From positions 47,871 to 111,870 of the forward strand of contig JAQCIU010000008.1 in assembly GCA_027593235.1 (NCBI GenBank): a stretch of DNA of 64,000 nt, in the 5' to 3' direction. A program made the position numbers and the translations under genes. The notes below the pieces were generated by a model. It saw only the letters and a program-made list of their open reading frames with translations. It had not been told where the DNA came from and searched no databases. The DNA is from Chloroflexota bacterium (lineage in GTDB: Bacteria > Chloroflexota > Dehalococcoidia > UBA2979). Shown here one piece after another: positions 1-9,095 of this stretch; within the stretch, counting starts at the first letter, position 1, and every line of letters begins with the position of its first letter.

Positions 1-587
1 ACCAGCTCGTCGACCGGATCGTCCGCGCGGCGGGGACTGCGCCGCACCGCGATCACCTGGAGGTGGAGCGCCTGCGCCAACCGTGCGATCTCTGATCCGA
101 TCGCGCCGAGACCCACGATCACGGCCGTCTGACCACGCAGATCGGCCGGCTCGGCACCGTGCGGATGGCGCGACCACTCCCGCTCCCGCTGCGCCTCTGC
201 CCAGCGCGGGAAGCCGCGCGCTAGCTGGAGAAGTCCGCCGATCGCGGACCAGGCGATCGGCTCCGCCATCGCCCCGGAGACATTGGTGAGCCGGACCCCG
301 CCGGCAAGCAACCGTCCGAAGACATCGTCATCAATGCCGACGTGGGGCAGATGCACCCACCGCAGGTTCGGCGCCCGCGTCGCGCTGCCGTAGAACCGCC
401 GTGAGCCGCTCGGGTCCTCCTCGGGAATCGGCGGCGTCGCGATCTCGACGCGCTCGAGATCCGCGGCCGGGACCCGCTCCCCCGGTGCGGGGACGAAGAC
501 CGGCTCCACGCGCTCGCCGCCGTCCATCGCGGCGATCGCCCCGGCGTAGCGTTCGTATAGTTCAGGCGTGATCAGCAGCACCGACAT
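1..587 (-). CDS. D-2-hydroxyacid dehydrogenase family protein (3' end runs off the window)
   Basis: Manual translation from ATG 587: MSVLLITPELY...NLRWVHLPHVGID...RLTNVSG...LRGQTAVIVGLGAIGSEIARLAQAL (GxGxxG NAD-binding motif). Not in the ORF track. Confidence 0.85.
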   Translation of the reverse strand, partial: MSVLLITPELYERYAGAIAAMDGGERVEPVFVPAPGERVPAADLERVEIATPPIPEEDPSGSRRFYGSATRAPNLRWVHLPHVGIDDDVFGRLLAGGVRLTNVSGAMAEPIAWSAIGGLLQLARGFPRWAEAQREREWSRHPHGAEPADLRGQTAVIVGLGAIGSEIARLAQALHLQVIAVRRSPRRADDPVDEL

Positions 588-685
588 CGCAACTCCGTGG
601 TTCGCAGCCTGGGACTGACTCAGTCTACGGAGCGCGCAAACGCCCGCGTTGCTGCGCTACGCTGCACACCTGAACAGGGGGCGGG

Positions 686-1531
686 ATGACCACCGAGACC
701 GTGATCGACGCGACCGATGCCACCTTCCAGGCGGAAGTCCTGGATCGCTCTCACCAGGTTCCGGTGGTGGTCGATTTCTGGGCCGAATGGTGCGGACCCT
801 GCCGGGTGCTAGGTCCGGTGCTCGAACAGGTGGCGGCTGAGCTCGGTGACGCCGTTCAACTGGTAAAGCTCGACACCGACGCGAACCAGCGCGTCGCCGC
901 GCAGTACGGCATCCGCAGCATTCCCGCGGTCAAGGCGTTCCGAGATGGTGTGATGGTCGACGAGTTCGTTGGCGCGCTACCCGAACCCGAGGTGCGCGCC
1001 TTCTTCGATCGCATCCGCCCGACGGAGGCCGACGCGCTCACCGCCGCCGGCGAAGCGGCGCTCGGCGCCGGCGATCTGGCTGCGGCGCAAGCCCAGTTCG
1101 AGGCGGCACTCGCGATCAATCACGCTCACGCCGATGCCACAATCGGACTCGCAATCGCCTCCGTCGAACAGGGGAACGTCGATCGCGCCGAGGAACTGGC
1201 GTTGCGCGTTCCCGCGCAGCCGCGCGCTGCACGCGTGCTGGCGCGCGTCAATCTGCTGCGCGCGGCCGTCGGCATCGACCGTGCAGCACTCGAGGATCGA
1301 CTCGCGGCGAACGAGGCGGACCTCGATGCGCACTACCAGCTCGGGGCGCACATGCTCGCGGTCGGCGAGTGGGAGCCCGGCTTCGAGCACCTGCTGGAGG
1401 TGCTGATCCGCGACCGCAAGTTCGCGGACGATGGCGCCCGACGGCGCTTCATCGAGGGTCTCGATCTCCTCGGCGCGGCGCATCCGGTCGCCGTGGAGTA
1501 CCTGCGAAGGCTGACGAACGTGCTCTTCTAG
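686..1531 (+). CDS. cnoX: Thioredoxin-TPR chaperedoxin (CnoX/YbbN family)
   Basis: VVVDFWAEWCGPC thioredoxin domain followed by TPR-like helices; C-terminus ...YLRRLTNVLF typical of YbbN. Confidence 0.9.
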   Translation: MTTETVIDATDATFQAEVLDRSHQVPVVVDFWAEWCGPCRVLGPVLEQVAAELGDAVQLVKLDTDANQRVAAQYGIRSIPAVKAFRDGVMVDEFVGALPEPEVRAFFDRIRPTEADALTAAGEAALGAGDLAAAQAQFEAALAINHAHADATIGLAIASVEQGNVDRAEELALRVPAQPRAARVLARVNLLRAAVGIDRAALEDRLAANEADLDAHYQLGAHMLAVGEWEPGFEHLLEVLIRDRKFADDGARRRFIEGLDLLGAAHPVAVEYLRRLTNVLF

Positions 1532-2490
1532 CGACCCAGTACCGCGTCGATTGCCGAGGCGATCTCCTCGGCTTCCATGATGCCCTCGAACTTCGCGGCG
1601 ACCGTGCCGTCCGGGTTCAGCACGAAGACGAACGGCTCGGCGAGTAGCCCCCACTCCTCGACAGTCGGCAGCGGGACGAGGCTTCCCTCCCGCGCCTGCT
1701 GGAGGTCGAACGGCTCCACGTGGATGAACTCAACGACATCCGCATACTCCGCCTGCACGGGGAGGATTACTTCGTCCATCACCGGACCGCAGAAGCGTGT
1801 CTGGCAGAACGCCGGCGTGACAAAGGCGACGACCACGGGCTTCCCGGTGTCCAACGCCTCCGCGATCGTCAGCTCGTGCAATTCCGGGTGTGGCAGGGTG
1901 CTGGAATCGATCTCGCTCACATCGGCAACGTCGCGCAGCGTCAGTTGCTCGCTGCGCGGGACCGCCGCGCCAATCGCCGGTTCGCTGCTGGCCTCGACCC
2001 AGAACTCGGAGCGCATGCCCTCGTGCCGCTCACCATCGATCTCGGCGTCGACCTCCATGCCCCACCAGCCGACGGTGTCGAACTCCACATTCGCCACATA
2101 GACAGTCGATTCAACGCCGCTGTGGACGTGGACTGATCCGTCCGTGTGCACGTGATCGCCCTCGGCGCCGATCGTCCGCGGCGTGGCCACCTGCTCCGTG
2201 GTCAACTCCGCGACGCTCGGTTCGTCCTCGGGGCGTTCGGCCAGGCGATAGAACCGCACGGTCACTGTGGCGCCGGAGAGCAATGCGCCCTCGCTGGTCA
2301 GTGCAATCGAGACGCGGTTCGGTCCAAGACCAAACGGCGAATTCGCGAGGATCGGGTAGTACGGGGCGCCCTCGTTGCTGCGGGCGACGCCCCGGGCGTC
2401 CCAGCCGCCCGCCTCGCTGCCACCGCAACTCACGAGGACTGCGAGCAGCCCGGCGAGCAGGAACGGCAGGGTGCGGCGTCGAATCAGCAT
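1528..2490 (-). CDS. Lipoprotein with His-rich segment and C-terminal thioredoxin-like fold (C-X4-C)
   Basis: Lipobox LVSC; DHVHTDGSVHVH; FVTPAFCQTRFCGP; EPFVF...DG.V..KFEG. Confidence 0.75.
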   Translation of the reverse strand: MLIRRRTLPFLLAGLLAVLVSCGGSEAGGWDARGVARSNEGAPYYPILANSPFGLGPNRVSIALTSEGALLSGATVTVRFYRLAERPEDEPSVAELTTEQVATPRTIGAEGDHVHTDGSVHVHSGVESTVYVANVEFDTVGWWGMEVDAEIDGERHEGMRSEFWVEASSEPAIGAAVPRSEQLTLRDVADVSEIDSSTLPHPELHELTIAEALDTGKPVVVAFVTPAFCQTRFCGPVMDEVILPVQAEYADVVEFIHVEPFDLQQAREGSLVPLPTVEEWGLLAEPFVFVLNPDGTVAAKFEGIMEAEEIASAIDAVLGR

Positions 2491-2600
2491 GGCGCGCTCC
2501 TCGAGGGCCAGGCGACCGCCGGCACAGGGGGTGGGGTACGCAGAGGATTGACCCGATCGCAGGCAGGAACAAGTGACGGCGATCCCAGTTCCGGTGAGCG

Positions 2601-3134
2601 TTAGACCTCTTGGCGCAGGTACGCCGTGGCAAGCGCGTCGGCGTACTCGTTCCAGAGCGACCCGTCGTGCGCGCGGATCCAGCGGATCCGTGCACTCGGA
2701 CGCTCCTGTGAGAGCTGGTAGGCACGCTGCACGAGATCAAGGTTCTTCACCGGCCCGGTGGTCCGGCGCCAACCGCGCTTCTCCCAACCGGACGCCCACT
2801 TCGTGAGCGTGTCGACGACCAGCTTGCTGTCGGTATAGAGATCCGCGGAGTCATCGGGACCGAGCATCTCCAGACCGACGATCATTGCCTGGAACTCCAT
2901 GCGGTTGTTGGTCGTCGCCGGATCGAATCCGTGCTGCTCCTCGACCACCGCGCCATCGTCGACGCGGACGGTGCCCCAGCCACCCGGCCCGGGGTTCCCG
3001 GAGCAGGAGCCGTCGGTGAAGATCCCGGTCTGCGGGCCATCGCGAAAGCGCTCCAGCACCTCATCGGTGGTGAGCGATTGCGCACGGGTGACGGATTGGC
3101 CGCGCCGCGCCGGCTGGCCTCGGAAGTTACTCAC
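2601..3134 (-). CDS. rnhA: Ribonuclease HI
   Basis: FTDGSCSGNPGPGGWG, TTNNRME, YTDS, WIRAH, NEYADALA; exact start uncertain. Confidence 0.93.
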   Translation of the reverse strand: MSNFRGQPARRGQSVTRAQSLTTDEVLERFRDGPQTGIFTDGSCSGNPGPGGWGTVRVDDGAVVEEQHGFDPATTNNRMEFQAMIVGLEMLGPDDSADLYTDSKLVVDTLTKWASGWEKRGWRRTTGPVKNLDLVQRAYQLSQERPSARIRWIRAHDGSLWNEYADALATAYLRQEV

Positions 3135-3139
3135 GCTGG

Positions 3140-4699
3140 CTACTCAAGACTGACTCCGTTGTAGAGCATCACCGGATCGCCGCCGAAGACGTCACTTTCG
3201 AGGTTGGCGACCACGACGACGGGGCGGTCCGCGACCACCACGGCGCTGCCCACCCAGCCATCCGGCAAGGCACCGTTCTCCCATTGCACGAACGTGCGTT
3301 GTCCATCCACCCGCGCCGCGCCGGGCGGGAAGAGCCCATCCGGGAACTGCTTGGAGTAGTAGATCACCGTGACGTGGGCGACCGATCCGTCGAACGAGAG
3401 CACGCGGAACCAGGAGTTCCACCCTCGGGAGGCGCCCCACGGTCCGTAGTTCTTGTTCAGCACCGGCAGCACCACCTGGCGGGACGCTTCCTCGGCGGTG
3501 AATCCTCGGTAGTCGGCGAACGCGCCATTGGGCGAGATGCGCTGCGCAACCACGGCGATCGGATCGACCGCCTCCATGCGCACGGTGCCGAAGAACGTCG
3601 ATGGCAGCGGTTGCCCCGGTGGGAGACAGCCGATCGCCCCGTCTGAACGCTGGTCGCAGGTCAACGACCCCGCGACCGTCACGGTGTGCTCGATCTCAAT
3701 GCGTTCGCCCGCGGCGTTCTTGCCATCGAAGAGCAACGTCACTTCGTTCGGCACGCTGGGCGTGCCGCTGAGAATGCGGAAGCGGGTCGACCAGGTCGTC
3801 TGTCCCTGACTCGCGTTGCGATCGACCAGCGGCAACAGCACGACGTGACTCAGCTCGTCCGTCCCGATGCTGCGCGATGTCGCGAGCCCGGCGCTGGTGC
3901 GGCTCCGCGTGTCGACGGTGACCGCCAGCGTCTGCGATCCCGCCTCGATGCCACTGTCAGTGCGGAACGTCTCGACGACCGCCGATCCGTCGAATCCCAG
4001 CGGCACCGCCATCGATCGCTCGTCGCGCACCAGCGTCGCCCGAGGCGCAACCAGCACCCCGCCGGACGCGCAACCGGCGCCCGGCGTCGCCGGATCCAGC
4101 GCGACCGAACTCGTCGATCCCGGCTTGTAGTAGCGGACCCCGACGCACGCCGCGTTCGTGTCGCTGCTGTTTTCGATCGTGATGCGCGAGACGTGACTCG
4201 CCGTGTTCTGGACAATCGGCAGGTACTGCGACCCGCCGGATGACCCAAGCCGGAGCGCGTCGCCACCGATCTGGAAGCTGCCATTGGACAGGAACGCGTC
4301 CCGCGCCAGCATCGCAACGAACGGCTGATCGACCGTCACGAACGCGGAACCCTGGTATCCGGGCTTCAATTCATCCAACGACTGCTGGAAGAACGACCAT
4401 CCGAACCCGGGGCGGAGAGCCGCGCACCCGTCCACCTCAGGACACCCGTCGGAGCCAACCAGATTGCCGCTGCGATCGTAAAAGTCGAGTTGGATCGTTG
4501 CCGCGCTCGTCCCGACATTCTGGATCCGAATCCAGGAGTTCTCGACCGGCAGGGTGAGGGATTGCGCACCCAGTGACTGGGCACTCACGGCGCCGGCGAG
4601 TAGCGCAAACGCGAGCAGCCCCAGCAGGACCCACTTGCGCGCGGGCAGGGATCGACCATGAAACGGTCGCAGGTGCACCTGTTGGCGCTCTCTCCACAC
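3140..4699 (-). CDS. Secreted hypothetical protein with about four internal beta-rich repeats
   Basis: Signal peptide; recurring LP.(V/L)..N ... (I/V)QN ... G(F/W/Y).GSA.V....P.V.. units. Confidence 0.7.
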   Translation of the reverse strand: MWRERQQVHLRPFHGRSLPARKWVLLGLLAFALLAGAVSAQSLGAQSLTLPVENSWIRIQNVGTSAATIQLDFYDRSGNLVGSDGCPEVDGCAALRPGFGWSFFQQSLDELKPGYQGSAFVTVDQPFVAMLARDAFLSNGSFQIGGDALRLGSSGGSQYLPIVQNTASHVSRITIENSSDTNAACVGVRYYKPGSTSSVALDPATPGAGCASGGVLVAPRATLVRDERSMAVPLGFDGSAVVETFRTDSGIEAGSQTLAVTVDTRSRTSAGLATSRSIGTDELSHVVLLPLVDRNASQGQTTWSTRFRILSGTPSVPNEVTLLFDGKNAAGERIEIEHTVTVAGSLTCDQRSDGAIGCLPPGQPLPSTFFGTVRMEAVDPIAVVAQRISPNGAFADYRGFTAEEASRQVVLPVLNKNYGPWGASRGWNSWFRVLSFDGSVAHVTVIYYSKQFPDGLFPPGAARVDGQRTFVQWENGALPDGWVGSAVVVADRPVVVVANLESDVFGGDPVMLYNGVSLE

Positions 4700-4846
4700 C
4701 CCACCACAAGGCCGAGGAAGCAGTCGCCCCCCGATGATACGTCAGAGGGCCACCGCGAGCGCCAGTGCTGGGGCAGTCCGGTGTGCTGGTCGGCGGTGAA
4801 TGCCGATGCTACGCTGCCTCGCTGAACGCCGCACGCGTTCTCTTCG

Positions 4847-4923
4847 CGGGGTGTAGCTCAGCTTGGCAGAGCGCTTCGTTCGGGACGAAGAGGCCCCCAG
4901 TTCAAATCTGGGCACCCCGACCA
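4847..4923 (+). tRNA. tRNA-Pro (anticodon CGG)
   Basis: CGGGGTG acceptor stem, anticodon loop TT-CGG-GA, TTCAAAT T-loop, encoded CCA. Confidence 0.97.
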
Positions 4924-5164
4924 TCATTCCCACGTCCGATTCGCGTACCACCGTTGCGGCTGGTTCCGGATTCGGACGATCGGTTGACCCTCGGCAACCC
5001 GCATCATGCATGGCATCTCAGGGTGCGTATGTTTCGGGTTTCGTCCGATATATGGTCAAACGTGAATTGACGACGAGATTGATGGAAACCTTTCGCCCTC
5101 ATCGTGCGTTCTGAGGGCGAGCGGGTGCGCCCCTGCAAACTCCCCTCAACATCAGGACGGCCAG

Positions 5165-6082
5165 ATGGTTCAACGAGCCGAGACCGCGAGCCCACGTCGG
5201 CGTAAGCAACTCACCGACGAATCGATCCGTATGGCGGTCGCAGGCGACTGGAAAGGCGCTGCCGCCGCCAACTCCGCGATCCTCGACGATTTTCCCGACG
5301 ATATCGAGGCGGCGAACCGCCTCGGCAAGGCACTGACGGAACTCGGTCAGCCCAAGAAGGCGATCGACGCGTACCAGCGAGCGCTCGCGATCGACTCCTT
5401 CAACAGCATCGCGCGCAAGAACCTCGAACGACTCGAGGCGGCGGACGCGGCGGCCAAGGGTGTGCAAGCGGCGAAGCCGGCGAAGGCCAAGAGCGCGGCC
5501 GCCGAGCGCGGCACCGGCGTACTCGTCTCCTCCGCGACGGCCGCCGAGTTCCGCCTCCAGCAAGCGAACCCCGCCGAGATCGCGAAGCTCGATCCGGGCG
5601 ACCCAGCCACATTGCAGGCCAACGCGCGCGGTGTCGCGGTCCTCTCCGCCGAGGGCGTGATCCTCGGATACATCGAGCCAAAGGCCGGGCTACGCCTACG
5701 CCGGATGATCGAGGGCGGCAACACCTACGATGTGAAGATCCGGGCGGTCGACGCCGACGGGCACGCGATCGTCTTCATCCGCGAGGTGCGCCGCGATCCG
5801 TCACTGGTCGGCCAGGCCTCCTTCCTCGCATCGGCGGAAACCCGTCGCAAGGCGCCGCGCGCCTACACCCGACGCTCCGCGCTGGTCGACGAGGATGAGC
5901 CAGACTTCGGCGACGATGACGACGAAGACGACGACCCGCGGGCGGAACTGCGCGAGGTCGCGGATGTCGAGGACATCGACGACGACGTCGACATCACCGA
6001 CGAGATCGACGCGGACGATGACGACGGCGACGATCCCGCCGACACGGACGACGACTTCGAGGGCGACGCCCAGGACAGCTAG
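5165..6082 (+). CDS. TPR protein with HIRAN-like middle domain and very acidic C-terminal tail
   Basis: EAANRLGKALTELGQ..AIDAYQRAL TPR; VAVLSAEGVILGYIEPKAGLRL; D/E-rich tail of about 60 aa. Confidence 0.75.
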   Translation: MVQRAETASPRRRKQLTDESIRMAVAGDWKGAAAANSAILDDFPDDIEAANRLGKALTELGQPKKAIDAYQRALAIDSFNSIARKNLERLEAADAAAKGVQAAKPAKAKSAAAERGTGVLVSSATAAEFRLQQANPAEIAKLDPGDPATLQANARGVAVLSAEGVILGYIEPKAGLRLRRMIEGGNTYDVKIRAVDADGHAIVFIREVRRDPSLVGQASFLASAETRRKAPRAYTRRSALVDEDEPDFGDDDDEDDDPRAELREVADVEDIDDDVDITDEIDADDDDGDDPADTDDDFEGDAQDS

Positions 6083-6115
6083 GGAGAGCGAGGCGCTGAA
6101 CAGCCTCAGCCCCGG

Positions 6116-6727
6116 CTAGAGCAGTCCGTGCGCGGACAGCTCCGTACGCAATACATCCGCGCCCTGGAACAGATTCGCCTGGAGCCCGGCAAGTCGGGCG
6201 TTCTCCAGGTACTCCGGCGTGTCGTCGATGAACAGCGTCGTGCTCGGCTCGCCGCTGACCTCTGCAAGTACAAGCCCGAACACGGTCGGTCCGGTCTTGC
6301 CGGTGCCAAACTGGCAGGAGAAGAACGCGCGCTCCCCGAAGAGCGCCGCCACGTCTGGCGCCATCCTTGCGAGGTGATCGCGAAGCACCGGCCCGTTGTT
6401 CGTGAGCATCGCGATCGTCGCGCGCTCGCCGACCGCCCGCGCCAGTTCGATCACTTCGAGGTTCTGCGACATTCCGGCCTGCCGCGCGGCGACCCAGAGT
6501 TCCGTCGAAACCGGGGCATCGAGCAACCTCGAAAACTCCGCCAGGTAGCCGGCGCTGTCGTACGCGCCATCATCGGCGCGGGCATCGAAGCCGGAGCTGA
6601 AGGCCCGCCGCTCGATCTCCGCCGCGTCCACGCCGGTCTCGGCGGCGAGCACCGCGAGGCGCCGCTCGAAGTCGTAGTGCGACAGCACCCCATCGAGGTC
6701 GAACAGCACCGTCTCGATCACCGTCAT
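6116..6727 (-). CDS. HAD-family phosphatase
   Basis: Start ATG 6727; LFDLDGVL motif I, LTNN, GK, FIDD. Confidence 0.9.
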   Translation of the reverse strand: MTVIETVLFDLDGVLSHYDFERRLAVLAAETGVDAAEIERRAFSSGFDARADDGAYDSAGYLAEFSRLLDAPVSTELWVAARQAGMSQNLEVIELARAVGERATIAMLTNNGPVLRDHLARMAPDVAALFGERAFFSCQFGTGKTGPTVFGLVLAEVSGEPSTTLFIDDTPEYLENARLAGLQANLFQGADVLRTELSAHGLL

Positions 6728-6796
6728 GCGCCCTCCGCGGGCCAGCGTACGACCACGCGCGACGCCCTGGCGCTGCGACGGAGCTACCATGCGGCC

Positions 6797-7576
6797 GTGA
6801 GCAACGCCGACCGACCGCGCATCCTGATTACCCGCGCCGAGGACGTCCTCGGCGAGCGCTGGGACGATTACGCCGCGTGCATCGCACGCGCTGGCGGCGA
6901 TCCGATCGCCGCCGATCTCCCCGCCGCCACTGCCGAGGGCGGTCGTGGCATCGAGGCGTTCGGAGCGTTCGACGGCCTCGTCGTCACCGCCGGCGTGGAT
7001 ATCGATCCGACGCGCTACGGCCAGCCGCGTTCGGACCGCGTCCGCGAGATCGAACCGCGACGCGACGCGTTCGAGGAAGCATTGCTCGAGGCCGCGCGCG
7101 CCGCCGATCTCCCGATCCTCGCAATCTGTCGGGGCATCCAGGTGCTTAACACCTCGCGCGGCGGGACGCTCTTGCAGCACCTCGAAGAACGCGATCCGCA
7201 TCGCGCGCGGCGCGGCCCGGACGGCGAGTCGATCGATTCCGGCTGGCACGACGTTGCAGTCCAGGCCGGTTCGCTGCTCGCGCGCGTCACCGGCGCCGAC
7301 AGCCTCCACGTGAACTCCCGACACCACCAGGCGGTGCTCACCTCCACGGTCGCGCCCGACCTCGTCGCGACGGGGACCGCCGAGCAGGAGGTGGTCGAAG
7401 CGCTCGAGGACCCGGCGCTCACCTGGGCGCTCGGTATCCAGTGGCACCCGGAACGACCGGAGATGGCGGACAATCCAGCGATGCACAACGCCTCGATCGC
7501 GATCTTCGAAGCCTTCGTCGCGGCCTGCCACGCGCGTCGCCAGCATGCAGCGGTCGACGCGAGCTCCGCTCGATGA
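6797..7576 (+). CDS. Gamma-glutamyl-gamma-aminobutyrate hydrolase family (peptidase C26, PuuD-like)
   Basis: DGLVVTAGVDIDP..YG, AICRGIQ, VNSRHHQ, GIQWHPE (Cys-His-Glu triad); GTG start 6797. Confidence 0.92.
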   Translation: MSNADRPRILITRAEDVLGERWDDYAACIARAGGDPIAADLPAATAEGGRGIEAFGAFDGLVVTAGVDIDPTRYGQPRSDRVREIEPRRDAFEEALLEAARAADLPILAICRGIQVLNTSRGGTLLQHLEERDPHRARRGPDGESIDSGWHDVAVQAGSLLARVTGADSLHVNSRHHQAVLTSTVAPDLVATGTAEQEVVEALEDPALTWALGIQWHPERPEMADNPAMHNASIAIFEAFVAACHARRQHAAVDASSAR

Positions 7577-8064
7577 CAGCCCCGTTCCTCTACTTCGGTT
7601 ACGGCTCGAACCTCGACGAGGCGCGACTGCACCTCCACTGCCCATCCGCGCGGCTGGTCACCACCGCCCGACTCGGCGGCTACCGCCTGGCGTTCAGCAT
7701 CGAGAGCAAGAACACCTGGCACGGTGGCGTCGGCGACATCCGTCAGCAGCCGGGGAGCGAGGTATGGGGCGCGCTCTGGGTGATTGACGACGAACACGCC
7801 GAGCCACTCGATCGCCAGGAAGGTGTGTTCCGCGATCCGCCCGCCTATCGCCGGATCACGATCGACCTCGAAACCGCCGCCGGCGACCGCGTCACCTGCC
7901 GCACCTACCAGGTCGTCGCACCGGAGCCGGAGGGGTTCCTCCCCTCACCCGCCTACCGCGACACGATCCTCCGCGGCGCCCGCGCTATCGGCCTGCCGGC
8001 GGAGTACCTCCGCACCCTCGAGGCGATCCGCGACAACGGGCACGTCGGCGGCGGACCGCACTAA
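7573..8064 (+). CDS. Gamma-glutamylcyclotransferase family protein
   Basis: YFGYGSNL, VWGALW, LDRQEG, PSPAY; ATGA overlap with the upstream gene. Confidence 0.9.
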   Translation: MTAPFLYFGYGSNLDEARLHLHCPSARLVTTARLGGYRLAFSIESKNTWHGGVGDIRQQPGSEVWGALWVIDDEHAEPLDRQEGVFRDPPAYRRITIDLETAAGDRVTCRTYQVVAPEPEGFLPSPAYRDTILRGARAIGLPAEYLRTLEAIRDNGHVGGGPH

Positions 8065-8129
8065 CACCGTCCGCTGTTCGGCACGGTCGGGCCTGGCGAC
8101 CTCGAAGTGATCACCCGGGTTCGCACCTC

Positions 8130-9026
8130 GTGCTCTCCTGCGTCGTACCTCACCATGGATCGATGGAAGTGCGCTGGATCGTCGACAATGCCCTGAACTT
8201 CGCGCCGCACGTCGCGGTGCTGGCGCTCGCCGTGGTCGCGTACTCGGTCTTCGGCCGCCACTGGTCGCTCGCGATTGTGTCGATGGTCGTCGTGGTCTTC
8301 GCCGGCGCCTACATTGCGCGCTCCGACGCACTCCTCGCACGCGCGCACGACTGTCCCGCCACCCCACGCCTGCGCATCGCCACCTTCAACGTGCAGGCCG
8401 GCGCCGCCGATTTCGACGCGTTCGCGCAGCTCGTCGAAGAACAAGACGTGCAAATCGTGGTGCTCGAGGAGATGACCTTCAACGCCTCCTTCTACGCGAG
8501 CGCGCTCTACGAGCGGTACCCCTACCGCGTCGCGTCTTCGCCCCGCTGGATCGAGGTCCTTTCGACCGTGCCGCTGGACTCCGTTGGGTCGTTCAACGTC
8601 TTCGGGCAGTCTGAAGCGCGGCGCATCTGGCGCGCCACGCTCACCGAGCCGTTCCAGACTGACCTCTACTTTTTCCACGCGATGACCTCGCGCTCCGCCT
8701 TTCTGCACAACATCCGCTCCGATCAGTACGCGGTGCTCGAAGAGGTGCTCGACCAGTCACCCGGTCCGGCGATCGTCGTCGGCGACATGAATGCGACGGT
8801 GCTCGATCCCAGCTTCGGCGCGCTGCTCCGCAGTACCGGCCTGCGCACCGGCGTCGACGGCCGCCGCGACGCGGCGTCGTGGCCAAGCGGGCTCGGTTGG
8901 CTCGGCCTGCGCATCGATCACGTCCTCCAGCGCGGCTTCGAGGTCTGCGACGCCAGCCGAGGATCATCGTTCGGATCGGATCACCGGCCCGTGATCGTTG
9001 AGCTTGCAGAGACCCCACCGGCCTGA
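8130..9026 (+). CDS. Membrane-anchored endonuclease/exonuclease/phosphatase family protein
   Basis: TFNV, LEE, GDMN, IDHVL, GSDHRPV; N-terminal TM segments; start uncertain. Confidence 0.88.
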   Translation: MLSCVVPHHGSMEVRWIVDNALNFAPHVAVLALAVVAYSVFGRHWSLAIVSMVVVVFAGAYIARSDALLARAHDCPATPRLRIATFNVQAGAADFDAFAQLVEEQDVQIVVLEEMTFNASFYASALYERYPYRVASSPRWIEVLSTVPLDSVGSFNVFGQSEARRIWRATLTEPFQTDLYFFHAMTSRSAFLHNIRSDQYAVLEEVLDQSPGPAIVVGDMNATVLDPSFGALLRSTGLRTGVDGRRDAASWPSGLGWLGLRIDHVLQRGFEVCDASRGSSFGSDHRPVIVELAETPPA

Positions 9027-9041
9027 GCTCCCTCCCTCACG

Positions 9042-9067
9042 GGAACCAAACAATCGCCAGCGGTGTA
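9042..9067 (+). promoter_or_regulatory. Putative ECF-sigma promoter (GGAACC-N16-TGTA)
   Basis: Matches the GGAAC -35 / (C/T)GT -10 ECF consensus upstream of the beta-propeller gene. Confidence 0.4.
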
Positions 9068-9095
9068 CCCCTCTCAGGAAGCCTGGGAGGACACG

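Noticed and set aside
6128-6796. N-terminal extensions of ORFs 6128..7576 and 6116..7645 suggesting fusions or a large overlap
   Set aside because: Each extension is the antisense of the divergent partner gene; true starts are at 6797 (+) and 6727 (-).
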